The notes under the pieces: generated by a model | Seen by the model: the letters and a program-made list of their open reading frames with translations, nothing else | Databases searched by the model: none | Told to the model about the DNA's origin: nothing | Program-made: the position numbers and the translations under genes | Shown here: one piece after another, positions 42,800 through 57,272 of the stretch | Layout of the letters: each line of letters begins with the position of its first letter | How positions within the stretch are numbered: position 1 is the first letter of the stretch | Assembly (NCBI GenBank): GCA_951406725.2 | Contig: OX597814.1 | Span: 119,536,001-119,600,000 of the forward strand | DNA from: Octopus vulgaris | Lineage: Eukaryota | Direction: 5' to 3' | Length of the DNA: 64,000 nt

Positions 42800-42918
42800 C
42801 TGTGGGTCGATTAAATAAGCAACAGTTAATGACTGGGGTCGATGTAATCGACTTAATCCCCTTGTCTGTCCTTGTTTGTCCCCTCTATGTTTAGCCGCTT
42901 GTGGGCAATAAAGAAATT
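42800..42918 (+). mobile_element. SINE family B 3' half
   Basis: actggggtcgatgtaatcgacttaatcc...ccttgtttgtcccctctatgtttagcc..ttgtgggcaataaagaaa. Confidence 0.8.
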
Positions 42919-43263
42919 AAAAAAAATGTGTGTTCAAGTTTCGCCTAACGGCTTATTGCATCTGGTTGATAGTAGCGTTCATAAAACTTAGAGTTCCAGT
43001 CAGCACGAATATCAACAGTTTTATGTATCTTTATACACGCACGCACATACACACACACGGTAGTCGCTGGATCCCTGAATACTTCTCCACCAAGAGATTT
43101 GATATTGTACACGAGCAGTTTGGATATATGTCATTCACTATCATTTGATAGAAATATTGTTTGCATACGGGTACAAGTCTCACGTATGCATTATAATTCA
43201 GCTCTTTACCCATATGAAGAATATTTTACCAAGTATTAATTTATTCTTTCCTTTTTTTATTCT

Positions 43264-43657
43264 GTTACTTGTTTCAGTCATTTGACTGCGGCCATGCTGG
43301 AGCACCGCCTTTAGTCGAGCAAATTGACCCCAGGACTTATTCTTTGTAAGCCTAGTACTTATTCTATCGGTCTCTTTTACCGAACCGCTAAGTTACGGGG
43401 ACGTAAACACACCAGCATCAGTTGCCAAGCGATGTTGGGGGGGGGGAAACACGGACACACAAAAACACTCACACATATATATATACATATATACGACGGT
43501 CTTCTTTCAGTTTCCGTCTATAAAATCCACTCACAAGGCTTTGGTCGGCCCGAGGCTATAATAGCAGACACTTGCCCAAGGTGCCACGCAGTGGAACTGA
43601 ACCCAGATTCATGTGGTTGGTAAGCAAGCTACTTACCACACCGCCACTCCTGTACCT
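43264..43657 (-). mobile_element. SINE family A, full length (tRNA-derived CORE-type, octopus OR-like)
   Basis: - strand head aggagtggcggtgtggtaag...gggttcagttccac (A/B boxes), then ccttgggcaagtgtc (CORE-like); many copies in the window. Confidence 0.9.
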
Positions 43658-46206
43658 ACTGTCTACTCTTGACAAACTGAACTTTTCTGATTTAATTTAT
43701 GATGATTTAAAATACCTTATTCTGCAACTTCGCACCCTTTTTAATTTGGCAGGTCATTCAGCTGTTACAAGCTCAAATTCTCACTAGATTATGAATTTCC
43801 TGTATCTCTAGTGTACAGCAATACTGATGCACTTCTTTAAAAAAACTTTATTCAATCAATCCCAGTACGTTTGTGTTTCTGTTTATTATTGTTTTATTTC
43901 GTCGAATCTCTAAATTACAAAGACTTAATTGTATACTTGTTGCTAAGTAGTGAGAAAACTACAAACACGTACACTCACACATACATGTGTGTGTCAGTAT
44001 GTATGTGACTGTATGTTAGTGTGTATGTTTCTGTGTCTGTGTGTTGTGTGTATGTGCGTAAAAAGTGAAAGCACCCGGTTGCTTATGATGTATGAACAGA
44101 AATTTTTATGATTTTGTAGTATAAGATATTCACACCTGGCTGAATACAGTGGCGTAGCACGATTCAACCTCAGTTTTGGATTTTATAATTCTTAAGGATG
44201 ATTTCATCAACCGCACCAACTGCCTCCTTATAACACTCTCATAGTGATTTCAAAAAAATATTCGAACTCATCTGTTTGCTAATTGCATAGTATCTTCCGA
44301 AGCTCAACTAATCAATGCAAATTAAAACATTGAAATCGGATGTCCAGTGCAGTTCAAAGTTTCAGATGCATTACAGGTAAACACCCGATTGCATATAGTG
44401 ACGTCCAATTTGCACTCTTCGACCATGAGAAATGCTTGACTTGGTGCCTCATTGTCTCGATTGGTATGCACTTTATTAAATTCAGTAATTGAAAAACTGA
44501 ACTTTTACATCAACATATCACTTTAACTCTGTTGCCATTCTAATATCTTCGTTTTCCTAAACTGGGATTTTGATATGCTGCCTTTATGTATATTTTCCTT
44601 ACATGCCTGGATATTATCTCTGCTGATACATACGTGCTACGTTCGATGACGCTTCTTTACATTGATGAATGCCTCCCAAGCCAAACCTTAGACATCCAAG
44701 TGAAGCCGAGGTTGAACTAATAAGGATGCTATTGTTATTTTTGTAAACTGAATATGGAATGCAATACTCTGATAGCAACATCAAAATAAAGGCAACATTC
44801 TGCCCCAAAGTACACAGTTCTTGTAATTGGGTTTCACCATGCAATGCATAAGAAGTCTCTGACAGATGTTCGATAGCAGGATAATGCTATATGGTTGTGT
44901 GGTAGAACATTTCTGGAGAGCGATGTGATTGACACATGAAAATTTTTTTAATGCTGAAGGTGATGATGCAATACAGGGCTTTTTTTTGTATTTATAAATA
45001 AATCTTGGAGATGGCTGACTACTGTAAAGCATGGCCAAACACCGCGTACCATGGAAATGCTGATAATGTGTTTGGTGTGACAATTGACTACACAAAACTT
45101 CATAAAAGACGATATGCAAATAGCCATATGGATGGCAGCAAGAAATGAAACGGAGGTTCAATATGCCATTCTGTGATGCGAATATTTTATGACCAATCGG
45201 AGACAAAACGGCCTAAATTATCATTCCAAGCGGTTTCCAACCGAGTTTACCTCCGTATGCACTACAGATTGATGTGTTGCACTGGACCCGGTATTGTGGA
45301 AAAGGTTTACTAGAAATAGGATGCCATTCGAATAAGGACAACAGAGAACGGTGCAACTGTGCTTGTGTTACTACATTTTTTCAATTTTGATACACAAAAA
45401 CAACTGAGGCAAAAGCTAAAGGTTGTTGGTCTGCTTAATCGAACCTTATTTAGAGAGGCCAGTCAACCGCTAAAAGGACCACCACCACTAGGATGGTTCC
45501 TTTATACAACCTTCTGGAAATAAGAGCCAAATCAATTTCCACTGATAACATTTTCTCTTCAGAAAAATTTATAAATCTCTACAGTGTTCCAGAGAAAGAA
45601 GTCGGGAGGTCAGAGTTTCACCGATTTCATAAATGTCCGCACGGCTCAAGCTTCTTTGTGACTAATTAATAACACGAACACTTAAAATGGATTTAATACC
45701 AATATGTCTGCAAGTAGTGAAGACCTGCATACATCAATTCGATATTCGATATTTCCCTAAAGCAACAGATCAATGATAAAACTATAAAAGAATTTATAAA
45801 ATGTGTCAAATGTAATAGAATGGAAGGAAATGTCAATAGCCAAACATTTAAATGTAGATAATCCGACATGAATATTTAAGTTAATCAATTTAATGGAATC
45901 AATCACAATTTAACTGAAATTGTAGCCCCGAACAAACTGCGAAGTATATACCTACATGTTTGTGATCATTAGCTATACAGAGAGAAAACTGACTTCTGCA
46001 ATAGTCTGGAGAATATTAAAGTTATATATTTAGCTTATTTCTATTAGTCTCTGTCAATTGATACGTAATAACACGCATTGAAATCAAACCAGGTACTCGA
46101 AATGTTTGGTGATTCATCTTCGATAATTTGATTCAGCCCATTACATTTAAAATATGATAGACGAGCTGTAAAATTGCCTAAACATTTTTGATGTGCAAAT
46201 TGCTGG

Positions 46207-46253
46207 TATATATATATATATATATATATATTCATACATGTGTGTGTATATAT

Positions 46254-46305
<52 letters not shown>

Positions 46306-46327
46306 TATATATATTCATACATGTGTG

Positions 46328-46367
<40 letters not shown>

Positions 46368-46410
46368 TATATGTATATACATACATGTGTGTGCGCGCGC
46401 GCGTGTGTAC

Positions 46411-46452
<42 letters not shown>

Positions 46453-46495
46453 ATACATATTTATGTATGTACGTTGATATATATATATATATATT
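46207..46495. repeat. Compound (TA)/(TG) microsatellite with internal duplication
   Basis: tattcatacatgtgtgtgt unit occurs twice within TA runs. Confidence 0.9.
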
Positions 46496-47241
46496 GATAC
46501 ATTCAAAAACAAATCAACTCAGCAGTGTAAATGTGAATTTTGAAATTGTATAGCGACAATGTAAAAGTTTAAAACTTTTTTGAACAATGTGTTTTAAACA
46601 ATGCACATTTTCGTTTCATACAATTTCTCTTAACATTGCGCTATAGTTCAAGATTTAATGCTAAAAGCTGTTACATTTTGCCATAATACAAGGTTTATTT
46701 CTATGCATAAACGCTTAAAAGATATATTCATCAGAGTATAATGAGAAAATTTAAATGCTCTCTTTACCGAGAACTAAGCGATGGAATTAAAATGAGATGC
46801 CGTGATAAATCAACAACTTAGAGGGATGATATCTAAATTGCAATATAAACCTTGTCCTAATCTCTAAAGAGTAATATTTACCGGCGTGGTATAACTACGT
46901 AAATTTGTCAGTTTCTTTGAGAGAGGAAGATTACTAATACCCTTGAATAAAAGCCAGCAATTTCTTAAACAGATGTACCCACACCCGACAGTCGTATGTG
47001 ACTAAATGGAAATGCTGAGTTGTATTAAAGGCTGTCAATTAATACGGGCTTCATTTGTAAACTATTGTACATGTAACTTATTCTAAACTGATCTAGAAAT
47101 GTATCCTACCATTTAGGTCCATCAAAATATAATCAATACATTTATTTTAATATTTCAAAATAATTTCGATTTTATGCCAAATAATTATTAGTATATTGTA
47201 CTCACATAATGGTAAAGTCAACACTTGAAGCTTTTATTTAT

Positions 47242-47553
47242 ATATGCGCCCTTTCCAAGCCTAGCCAGGCTCATGGGCCCGGTTTCACGGTTTCTGTGGC
47301 GTATATGTTCCCCACCCCCAGCTGGACGGGACGCCAGTCTTATCGCAGCGTTACTCAAGAAACATGAAGAAAGAGTGAGAGAAAGTTGAGGCGAAAGAGT
47401 ACAACAGGGGTCGCCACCACCCCCTGCCAGAGCCTCGTAGAGCTTTTAGGTGTTTCCGCTCAATAAACACACAAGACACCCGGTCTGGGGATCGAAACCG
47501 CGATCCTCTGATCACGAGTCCACTGCCTAGCCACTGGACCATTGCGCCTCTAC
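47242..47553 (-). mobile_element. tRNA-derived SINE with Meta-domain-like 3' part
   Basis: - strand: gaggcgcaatggtccagtggctagg...ggtttcgatccc head; ctgcgat.agactggcgtcccgtccag...gccacagaaacc...gggcccatgagcctggct. Confidence 0.7.
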
Positions 47554-47958
47554 CAACACTTGAAGTACAGATATGAAATCTTGTATGTCGCAATATGGTC
47601 GAGAATGCAGAGAAATCTCTAACAGTTGAGACATCGTCTAGTCAGAACACACTCTTAAGGAATTCAGCAGTGTGCTGATTTCTGAGGCCGATTTAATTCA
47701 GAAAATATAATTTGACAACGAGAATTAAATTCTATATAAACACTTGAATATCATTTATGCAAATATGACAACGTTTAATGACGCTATTTAGTTTCTCCTT
47801 ATTTTCATTGAAGATGTCTTCGAACAAGAACTCAGAACAAATCTACGGAATAAGAATGGATGTATCGTGTATGGATATGATTAATTATACTATATTTCAT
47901 TGTAATTTGCAATGAAAATTTAGCAAATAGAAATGCTTATCAAAAATGCAACTTTATA

Positions 47959-48017
<59 letters not shown>

Positions 48018-48160
48018 TGAGAGAGAAAGAGAGAGAGAGAGAGGACAAGGAATTATATATATATATATACAGAGCGTGGCCTAAAACTAAAAAAAGCATG
48101 AAATTTTGATAAATTTGTTCTAATTACTTTCTTTTATTTGTAATTCACAAAATGCGATTC

Positions 48161-48220
48161 TTCACAACTAATGTACATATATTTCATACAAATATGAAAT
48201 ACATGTACATTAGTTGTGAA
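48161..48220. repeat. 60-bp near-perfect hairpin
   Basis: ttcacaactaatgtacat.tatttcata / tatgaaata.atgtacattagttgtgaa. Confidence 0.85.
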
Positions 48221-48235
48221 TGCTTTCTTTCATTA

Positions 48236-48766
48236 TACCAAAGAAACAGACTCAGAAGGCTTTGTAAAGTAGGACCCCACTTCCAGGAGGATAGTCCCCT
48301 CACACAGTCCAACCAGGATCAATGAGGTACTGAATGACCAGTTCAAAAATGTCTTCACCACCCCGTTGGAACACCGACAAATGATCGAACGAATGGATTT
48401 CTTTGCCGCCTCAACTACAACTAGCGAGGCAGTTACGTTGGAATACATCGATATTAGCAAAGAAGATATACTAGAGCCAGAGATGAGGTGGACGCAAACA
48501 CAACTGCTAGTCCTAATGGTTTTCCAGCAATCCTCCTCAAATCATGTAAGCGTGCCCTGGTGAAACCACTATAGATTCTTTTCTAGAGCTTTCTTGAAAA
48601 TGTCAAGCTGCCAGGTAAGGAGGGAATAATATTCCCAATCCACAAAAGAGGAAGCAGAGGAGATGCTAATAATTATAGGACTATCTATCTGAATTCATAC
48701 ATCAGCAAAGTCATGGAACGAATAGTTAGAGGGAATCTAATTGCATTCCTTGAAGAAAATGGATTG

Positions 48767-48769
<3 letters not shown>
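48236..48769 (+). pseudogene. LINE (CR1/L2/Jockey-superfamily) ORF2 fragment, N-terminal part of the RT
   Basis: SPNGFPAILLKSCKRALVKPL*ILF*SFL...IFPIHKRGSRGDANNYRTIYLNSYISKVMERIV...FLEENGLL. Confidence 0.88.
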
Positions 48770-48812
<43 letters not shown>

Positions 48813-49458
48813 CTGAATATTATTAATCACGTGTCTTAAAAATTTATATGTAATTTAGGAAAATTGGTCAGTTGCTTACTTTTCAACTTTTAGTTTTACT
48901 TGCTTTAGTCAGTGGAGTGTGATCTTCCTATAGAAAAGAGAAGTGATTTCTACTTCATGTGTTACAGATTTGTAAATGCAAGAATCCCTCGCGTATATAC
49001 AAATGAACAGCCTTATTGAAAAAAGGTAGGTGGCTGATAATATACTCAACGCATTTAATGCAGAGTGTATGGTACTATATCTAAAGTTTTAGCTTCAGTT
49101 TGCAAAATGTGTCGTCTAGAAATCGAAACAGGTGATTCCACAACCATCAGTGTTGTGATTTAACTGGTTATATGCAAATATTTGATGATTCTTGAAGCAG
49201 TTTATAGACAAAACAGCTATACATAAACTTTGCAGACGCACACGCGCACACACATATATATGTGCGTGTGAGATATATGTTCGCACAGATGTATGTGTAT
49301 GAGTTTTTGTTTCATGTATTCGCGAATTTAAAGTATTGGAGTTAGCGCCTGGTCGATTTAAATGATTATAATCATAGCAACACTTATTTACAAATAGAAA
49401 GTCAGACTACAATGTAGATAAACTGTGAGGGAAAAGTGAGTGAAGAGAGAGAGAGAGC

Positions 49459-49512
<54 letters not shown>

Positions 49513-50330
49513 TGGATACATCTATGTATACATACACAGATGAAGAGAGATTCACATAAACGTTGTAAAACATACATCACAGCAATCATTTAATAAAAGA
49601 ATAAAGATCGATCGTTATGTATAGCCTTAGAGTTCCAATATCAAGTGCTATGAACAGACTGTATTTCAGCTTCAAATATTTACGTCCTTAATAGATTTTT
49701 GAAGTCGTTCTGTTTGCTCTAACAGAGAAACGACAGTTGAAGATCAGTTCAAATGCTGTGGTGTAATCCACTATTTTTCAATTCCGTCATTATAGCAGAG
49801 CTAAACGATTACATTAAAAAATATACATAAACGCTTTCCCTCCATAACGATACAGTCTACTCCTAATATATTGATCACTATATCGATTAGACTTTTATAC
49901 TTCAGTTCACCCTAATAGTGTCGCTACTTGCTTATCAGTCTGTAGACTATTGTTTGAGTTGGAAACCTTACACAGACTCCAGAAATGCCTACAGCTATCC
50001 GAATTATCGATCTTACCTTTTGTAAGAGCTTTAAATAGTCGTTTTATCAAATTTATATTCTCCACTATCGTTTTGGTTCAGTAAATACGAAAGCCATTTC
50101 TCCTTTGTGCAAAGCAACTTAATAGCTTGCTAGTTAGATAGGTAGACAAATAAATATTAAAATAGATTTCTAGTAGAAGATAAGTGGATAAATGCACTTT
50201 GGGATATAAATATTTTGTATAGAAACAGTGATGACTAGCATCGTCAGCAGTAAAGAACTTGAGGCGATTTTGTAATTGAGAAAGTAAGCAGCAAACAAAC
50301 CACACAGATACGTAAATAAAGGTGGGACAT

Positions 50331-50367
<37 letters not shown>

Positions 50368-50749
50368 TTCATTGGCTTGTCTTCAGCTTTGTTAGAGATA
50401 GGACAAAAGGATGTTAAAGCTATTTACACTGCGGATGATAGAATTCAATGACATTTTAAACGAGTTCTATTACTAAATGAATGGTTATATGAATATTTAA
50501 ATATATGTGTATATATATATATTTATCAGGGGCTATTAATTTTCACAAATGGATATAGTTCGAAGAAAATTATTTATCGTGCTATGTCCAGGTGTACCTC
50601 AAGTTAGTATTGACATTCATCCCTTTGGCTCAGATAATAATAATAACGGCTTTGATTCAATATCCACTTGCAATTTGGAAAATATTTAGAAGCACACATT
50701 CCCAGATACGTACATACATACAGGTCTATATATATATATATATATAAGC

Positions 50750-52245
50750 TTATTAATTGGCTTGTCTTCAGCTTTGTTAGTGACAGGACAAAAGAATGTT
50801 AAAGACACTTACCACTCTAAACTTTATTTTGTCCATAAATAGTATATCATCTTCCCTTTCCACAAGTAACCCACGTAAGACTGGTAGCCAGCAGCAAGCC
50901 CATTGCGGAAGGTTTAACGTGGTATACAAGTGCATTATCCACATGTTACATTATTCTACTAGCTACTATATCGAGTCTACTATTAATTTTAAAGAGAGAT
51001 ATTCTGCACATCTAAACTCTTTGAAATATGAGAAACATAGCAAATCCACGTCCCTAGCCAACCACATACGCCATCTGATAAATAGGAAAGTACCATATAG
51101 GATATCCTGCGCCATAATAGGTTCTGGTGTCTCATAATATGGCCAGCGCTCCACATGTGTACTCTGCATGAAAGAAGCCCTCCAAATATTAATTCATAAT
51201 TCACTGCAATTACCCAATTAAGAACGCGAAGCATTCTCTAGATTTAAGCATAAATTCTATCGCACCTTTAGATTCTTCCATAGGTCTTAATGCAAGGAAA
51301 ATGAACACACATAAAAATTTCCTATATGTATCCATGGTCGTTACAATATATGTACGTATTTCCTTTTCCTTTTCTTCTCAACATAAGTAGCTTCAATTCT
51401 TAAAATTTTTAATTTGATTTTTAACTTTTAATTTTTAAGTTTTAATTTATATCTTTTATCCATTTAATTGTAGTTTTATCCTATGCATACCCTCTTTAGC
51501 GAGACATCTGACTTTAGCTTTCCCTATTGACCACTGAACTAAATATTCTCTCTGACGACACCTAACCTAGAATTCATCAATGTAATTAATAGAAATAATA
51601 CCTCCTTCCTCCACATAACTAAAGACTTAACACCTGGCTTCTCATCCAGAACTTACATTTACGAAGAATAGTACTGGCATCTTATCTTTATTTTTTTACA
51701 TTTTATATTTGATTATTATTTTGATTTTTACTTTAATTTCGCTCTCATTCATTCTTTCCCAACCTATCCCATTCCTTTCTGTTCTCTCTCTTCTATTCAC
51801 TCCATCACAATCCATTTCTGTCTATCTTGATGTCTGATTTTCTCACTCTATATACCCAGGTGTACCGTTTCCCTACTAGTTAACCACGGACAAAATACTG
51901 CCTGAGTTTACCTGGAATTTACCTAAGAGCATATACCGTCATAGAAGTAAAGACCAACCGCCATACCCTCTGGAAAAAGATGAATTCTGAACTTTATTCT
52001 CCTGTCTGTATTTTACTATCTACTTTTACTCTTTCATTCTTCTATTTTATTCTTTGTAATCTGTGAAGTTCCCTGTCTTGAAATTTCATAAATATCACAT
52101 TGTCTCTGATGATAGAATACCAAGAGTACGAACATACTAAACTATCAATTCGGATGAAGCTGTAAGAATTCGAATTCATCTTGTCCTAAATGACTTCTGA
52201 TATTCGTCCTGCCTTGTATTTTGTTGTCCTTTTCCCTCTAATATA
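50750..52245 (+). mobile_element. Decayed Penelope-like element: GIY-YIG remnant, long 3' region, degenerate HHR
   Basis: NVVYKC...YYIESTINFKERYSAH..SLK.EKHSKSTSLANHI...CVLCMKEAL (~50900-51230); tct-CTGATGA...gctg-TA-aga at 52103-52167. Confidence 0.8.
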
Positions 52246-52708
52246 ATGTATACCTGTCAATATGGAAGCCTAATACGAATCCCTAGCTCCAGCCTCAACT
52301 TGGAAACTAACGGATGACAAATTATTGTACATATTCACCGTACTTATTCTTTTATACCACCAGTGAACTAAATACCTCATATTCTCTCTCCGCCCCCCTC
52401 TCTCTCTCTATCTATCTCTACACACACTCTTGCAAGGCGTTTCTCCTGAAATGTTTCTGGTGAATTTGCAAGTTGGACAAAGCTACCCTTTTTGTGTTCC
52501 CTGGTTTGAGGTGGGATTATTTCGCACTTAAGATAAGAATTTGTCCAAATTTCATTTAAACACTTATACGTCTACAGCTCACATATCACTGATGTTGTTT
52601 AGTGGAGTACTGAAATGTTGTGTGTCCTTGAATCTTAAGCTTTTACAGTGCTGAGTCGTTACTTAAGTCTGTGCTAGGCCTTCAAGGATTATCTTCTCAT
52701 ACACACAC

Positions 52709-52793
<85 letters not shown>

Positions 52794-54228
52794 TATATAT
52801 ATATCACTGCATATATTTCGTGTTCTCTCGCCAAGGGGAGGGTGAGTTTCAGTCTTATTAGCCTTTCAAAATGAAAATATGCAATATTTCTCCACTCCCC
52901 GTCTCTCTCTCTCTCTCGATATATAATATATATGATTGACAAAGGCATTAAAATAAGTTATATTTTTGTGGAATACCTGGATTACATTTCATGTTTGTCT
53001 TGTGAAATCCACTCTCATACGATTCTGATAAATTAAGTAACATAAAAAGTGTTTAAAAGAAAATAGATTAAAAATATATTAAAGCAAAATTTTAAAAATA
53101 AGTTGAAAATAATTAATGTAAATTCAGAACTTAAAGAAAAGACCAGCAGGAAGAACGTCAACATCAATACTAATAATTAGTCAATATAACTAATATAATT
53201 AGATAAAATAAATGCTAAATAATATTAGGTACGTTAAATATACTAAATATATTGGAACAAGAAAGGCAGACCCACCTACTATTTAAGGTTCACTAATCAG
53301 TACTCCATTCATTTGAAATTATCTATAGGTTATTCTAAATGTGTTCAATTTAACATTAACTCTTTATTTAATGTTTGATTTGAATGTCAAGATAAGCAGT
53401 GCCTCCTCGAGACGTAAGTTGCATTTTAGTTTCTTTCCGATGTACGTTAGTGCATTACTCATTATATGCCGTTGAATATCACATTGAAGCTTCGGTTAAA
53501 TTTACTTAAAAAAAGACAGTCCTCTTTTTTTCTATATCCAAACGAATAAGTGTGATTACATAATCTTGACTTCAGATTCAGTTGCGCTTATTTACTATTT
53601 TAATTGTAATATAACCTTTTTAACATTTCAGCCATTATAATTAATAAATCATGGTTCATAATTCGTTGAAATTTTTTGCCTCTTAAGATTTACATACTAT
53701 CGCCCAATTTCACTATCAGAAAACAATTTTTTTTTTAGGGAGTCTGCCTTCGGAACAGCCTTTCCTTCTGTGAATAAATAATTTTCTTCGCTCCATACGT
53801 TTCGTAGATCATAGATATGAATAAACCATTATAACATATTAAAAAGAAAGTGTGTTCGTGTATTACCTGAATGCTGCGTAATGGTAACATAATTGGACTT
53901 ACCTGAAAAGAAAAAAAAGAGAAGCAACATTAATAATGCTACAAAAGCAATTCTATAATACATTATTGCAAAACAGCATGAAATACAGATATTACACATA
54001 TCTAAACCGTTACACATGCGCTTGAAAAACACTTCAAAACTTGATTAGGTAGGTGTGTGTTCGACGTCGATCATTCAGAATTTTGGCATGGTAGGGTTAC
54101 AGCATTCGTATGATTTCCGTTAATTTCTCTGCAACTCGTGGGGTTTTGCTATAGGTAGTATTATTTCGATAATAATTTTATGTTAGTAGTATACAATGAT
54201 TATAGTTTGTAAGAGTATACGTTGATGT

Positions 54229-54267
<39 letters not shown>

Positions 54268-54408
54268 TCTAATTATGGCTAATTTAAAGTGTTTCCAAGT
54301 AACGAGCTATTTTGGCCGTTTGATTACAATGGATTATTTAGTCACTTAGTTGTGACGCCGTGTTATTAGTTATTTGTTTTAATTATACATACATACATAT
54401 CATAATTC

Positions 54409-54550
54409 ACATCATCATTTAACGTCCGTTTCCCGAGATGGCATGGGTTGGACGGTTTCAATGGAGCTGGCCAGCCAGAGAGCTGTGCAGACACCAATTG
54501 TCTGTTTTCACATGGTTTCTTCCGTCGGATGACGTTTGTAACGCCAATCC
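54409..54550 (-). mobile_element. SINE/RTE-type 3' fragment
   Basis: catcatcatttaacgtccgtttcc...ggcatgggttggacggttt...ggtttct..cg.cggatg.c.tt..taacgccaa (RTE-like tail). Confidence 0.6.
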
Positions 54551-55232
54551 CGTTTTTTAAATTATTTCTTTACGTTTAATAAGCAATTTTTTAAATCAAT
54601 ATGTTTTATAGCCTTCACTTATTTCACAGCTTTTGATCTAAGAGAGTTTCTTTCCCTTGTATATCATTCGAGGACGTTGCTTACGAGTAGTACTATTCCA
54701 CTAGTCTTTATTTAGCTCATTTTTGGTGTTATATTTGTTGGTGATGTGATGTTGTTTGAGAAGCAGAGAAGCTGGTAGACTATCATTGTTATAAAGTCTG
54801 AATTACCTTTTTGGAATAATTTTTCGTTATAAGTTATCATTATTTGTTTAAACTAATGTTTTTGCTTGTAGCAATAAGCTGGTGGATTCCCAGTTAGTGT
54901 TTGTATTTTTAACAGTGTTGGCACCACCAGATTGAATAGTATTGCTACGGTCTCGAAGCCATAGTGATATCCAACTGGCAGCTGATGATGGGAATATACA
55001 TGTGTTATGCTTGATTGCAAATTTATTATTTCTTAGTGACGTTATTCTGAGTGGTCCTTCACTTTTTTAAATTGGAACATTTGTGGATACATAATTTGCG
55101 GAAATCGCATCAGTACTGTTTGGTTTTCTGCACAGGTAATATTATTTCAGTTAGATTAGACTTGGATATTGTTGTCTAGGTTTGGGAGGTTCGGTGGCAC
55201 ACACGCACACACACACATATATATATACACTC

Positions 55233-55276
<44 letters not shown>

Positions 55277-55321
55277 ACACTCGTATGTATATATATACAC
55301 ACATACTCATATGTTTGTTTG

Positions 55322-55371
<50 letters not shown>

Positions 55372-57272
55372 GCATGCAAGGATGTAGGCGAGGGTGTGTT
55401 ACATTTAACGAAATGTTAATAAATAAGTAATAATTACAATAGGGAATATGCAGATTTTCTTTTACATACAGTCTTGCTCTTTGCATTAAATTTCGTCTCT
55501 AAACAGGTGCATTAAATTCTAAGATATAATAGATTTTATATACAACGATTCGTAAATAATTCATACTTAGACAGCATTTAGGAGAATCCCATCAAAATAA
55601 TAATAAACCTATTCAGGTTATTTTAATGTTAGGAGTCTTTTTGTTAAACAATGGTATGTAGTTAAGTGGAGAAATATTGAGCGCTAAAGTGAAGAATGAA
55701 CCAGAATTTTTTATCTCAAAAATTTTCCCCACACTCATTTATATGATTGTACAAAATTTTCTATGAAACATTATATGAGACAGGTAACCCTAAGAAGTAT
55801 TCCGAATAAATGCTGTATTAACAGGTGTATTTGATAGCGTCTTAATCTCTGAAAACGTTTTTTGTTAATGTAGATTTGCTTTATTCTGTAGGGTGATATT
55901 TAGAAATTAGTAAGTTTTCAAGACTGGACGTTCCAGATTATTGCAATGAAATGTGTTAAGCGAAATTTTGATCAAGTTATTGCACGTGAGCATATGAATC
56001 CTGGAGCAGAAATAAGTAAACTTATTTTCAGAGCATACATGAAATATCTAATCTGATTTAGACAGCTTATATTGTATGAGTGTAAGTTGCTATAACAAAC
56101 ATGATTACATTCACACACGTAGAAAACATTGTCTGCAAAATAGAGGTGGAAGCGGAGGGATGTGGCAATACAAGGGATTCTCAAAAAACATATTCTGATA
56201 GTAGCACCCGATGACAAAGTGTTGCACCTCAACTAAATACAACCGTGCGTCGGGATATACATTTTATCTTTATAATCAAAAACATTCGTTGAGAAAAGAA
56301 ATGCCGATGGAGATCATTGAGCAGATTACCCAATATGGCTGGGAAAGAAGTAAGCTAAAAATAGAGCTATTGTATAGGATATTCGTAAATTTCAGATACA
56401 AGGGTGTATAGCTTAAAATATCCCATATTATTCTACAAAAATATATCATCTCATGGCCACACTTACACATATTTGTGTGTGTGTGCATGCACGTGTGCAT
56501 ACATGTATCGACATATTTACAAATGCATTATATATATATATATTCAAATATGTATTAGATAAAGCTCAAGGTATGTAAACAAATTCGAACACACACACAA
56601 AATATGTGTGTTAGTTCGTGGGTCGACTGCAACTTTTTGGCGTAAGAGAATATATAGTGGATGCGCCTAGTGTAAAAAAAAATCTGAAAGTATTTCGTAA
56701 TGAAGCGAAACAACTCACATCAGATCTTTTGTCAGAGTAACAGACATGTTTTGTCGTTGTTATGACCTCACGATGCCGCGTACCGAACAAGTCCTGCTGC
56801 AGGCCATATCGCCGACTATAATTATATGGCAAACGGCTTAAACTCCATCTGCTGGCATGTCCGAAGTAGTACAAGATGTTTATTCTGAGAATTGTGTGGC
56901 TATCACAGCGGGATTTTCTTAGGAATCAGTTAACAGATTACACAATAATGACTTACAAAGAAAATGTAATGTCAATGTAACTAAATTTAGTAAATCCGAA
57001 GATATATATAAAACCATAAAATGAGGAGGTATATGGGGCGAATATATATGTACTTATGCCCTAACATAGAGGTTTACGGCCATTTCACAGTATGAGGTCA
57101 TTATATGTGCATCTTTATTCATATGTCTGTTCAGCATTATATAACTGTATATTCGCAAATTAATGCAAAAGAAGAAATCTAGCACATCAGATCACTGGAA
57201 AGCCATGGTTACACCAAGAAATCAGTTCTCAGATTTCTTTATTTGAATTACTTTCGAACATACAATAGTATT

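Noticed and set aside
43580-43657. tRNA-like A/B boxes (also 3720, 31470-31536, 47480-47553)
   Set aside because: These are SINE heads; no complete cloverleaf could be built
43324-43787. ORFs of 99 and 71 aa (similar ones at 1905, 3849, 16770, 47351)
   Set aside because: They lie within SINE copies and are not genes
44950-44975. GDD motif suggesting a viral RdRp
   Set aside because: Motifs A and B were not found upstream and the frame has many stops
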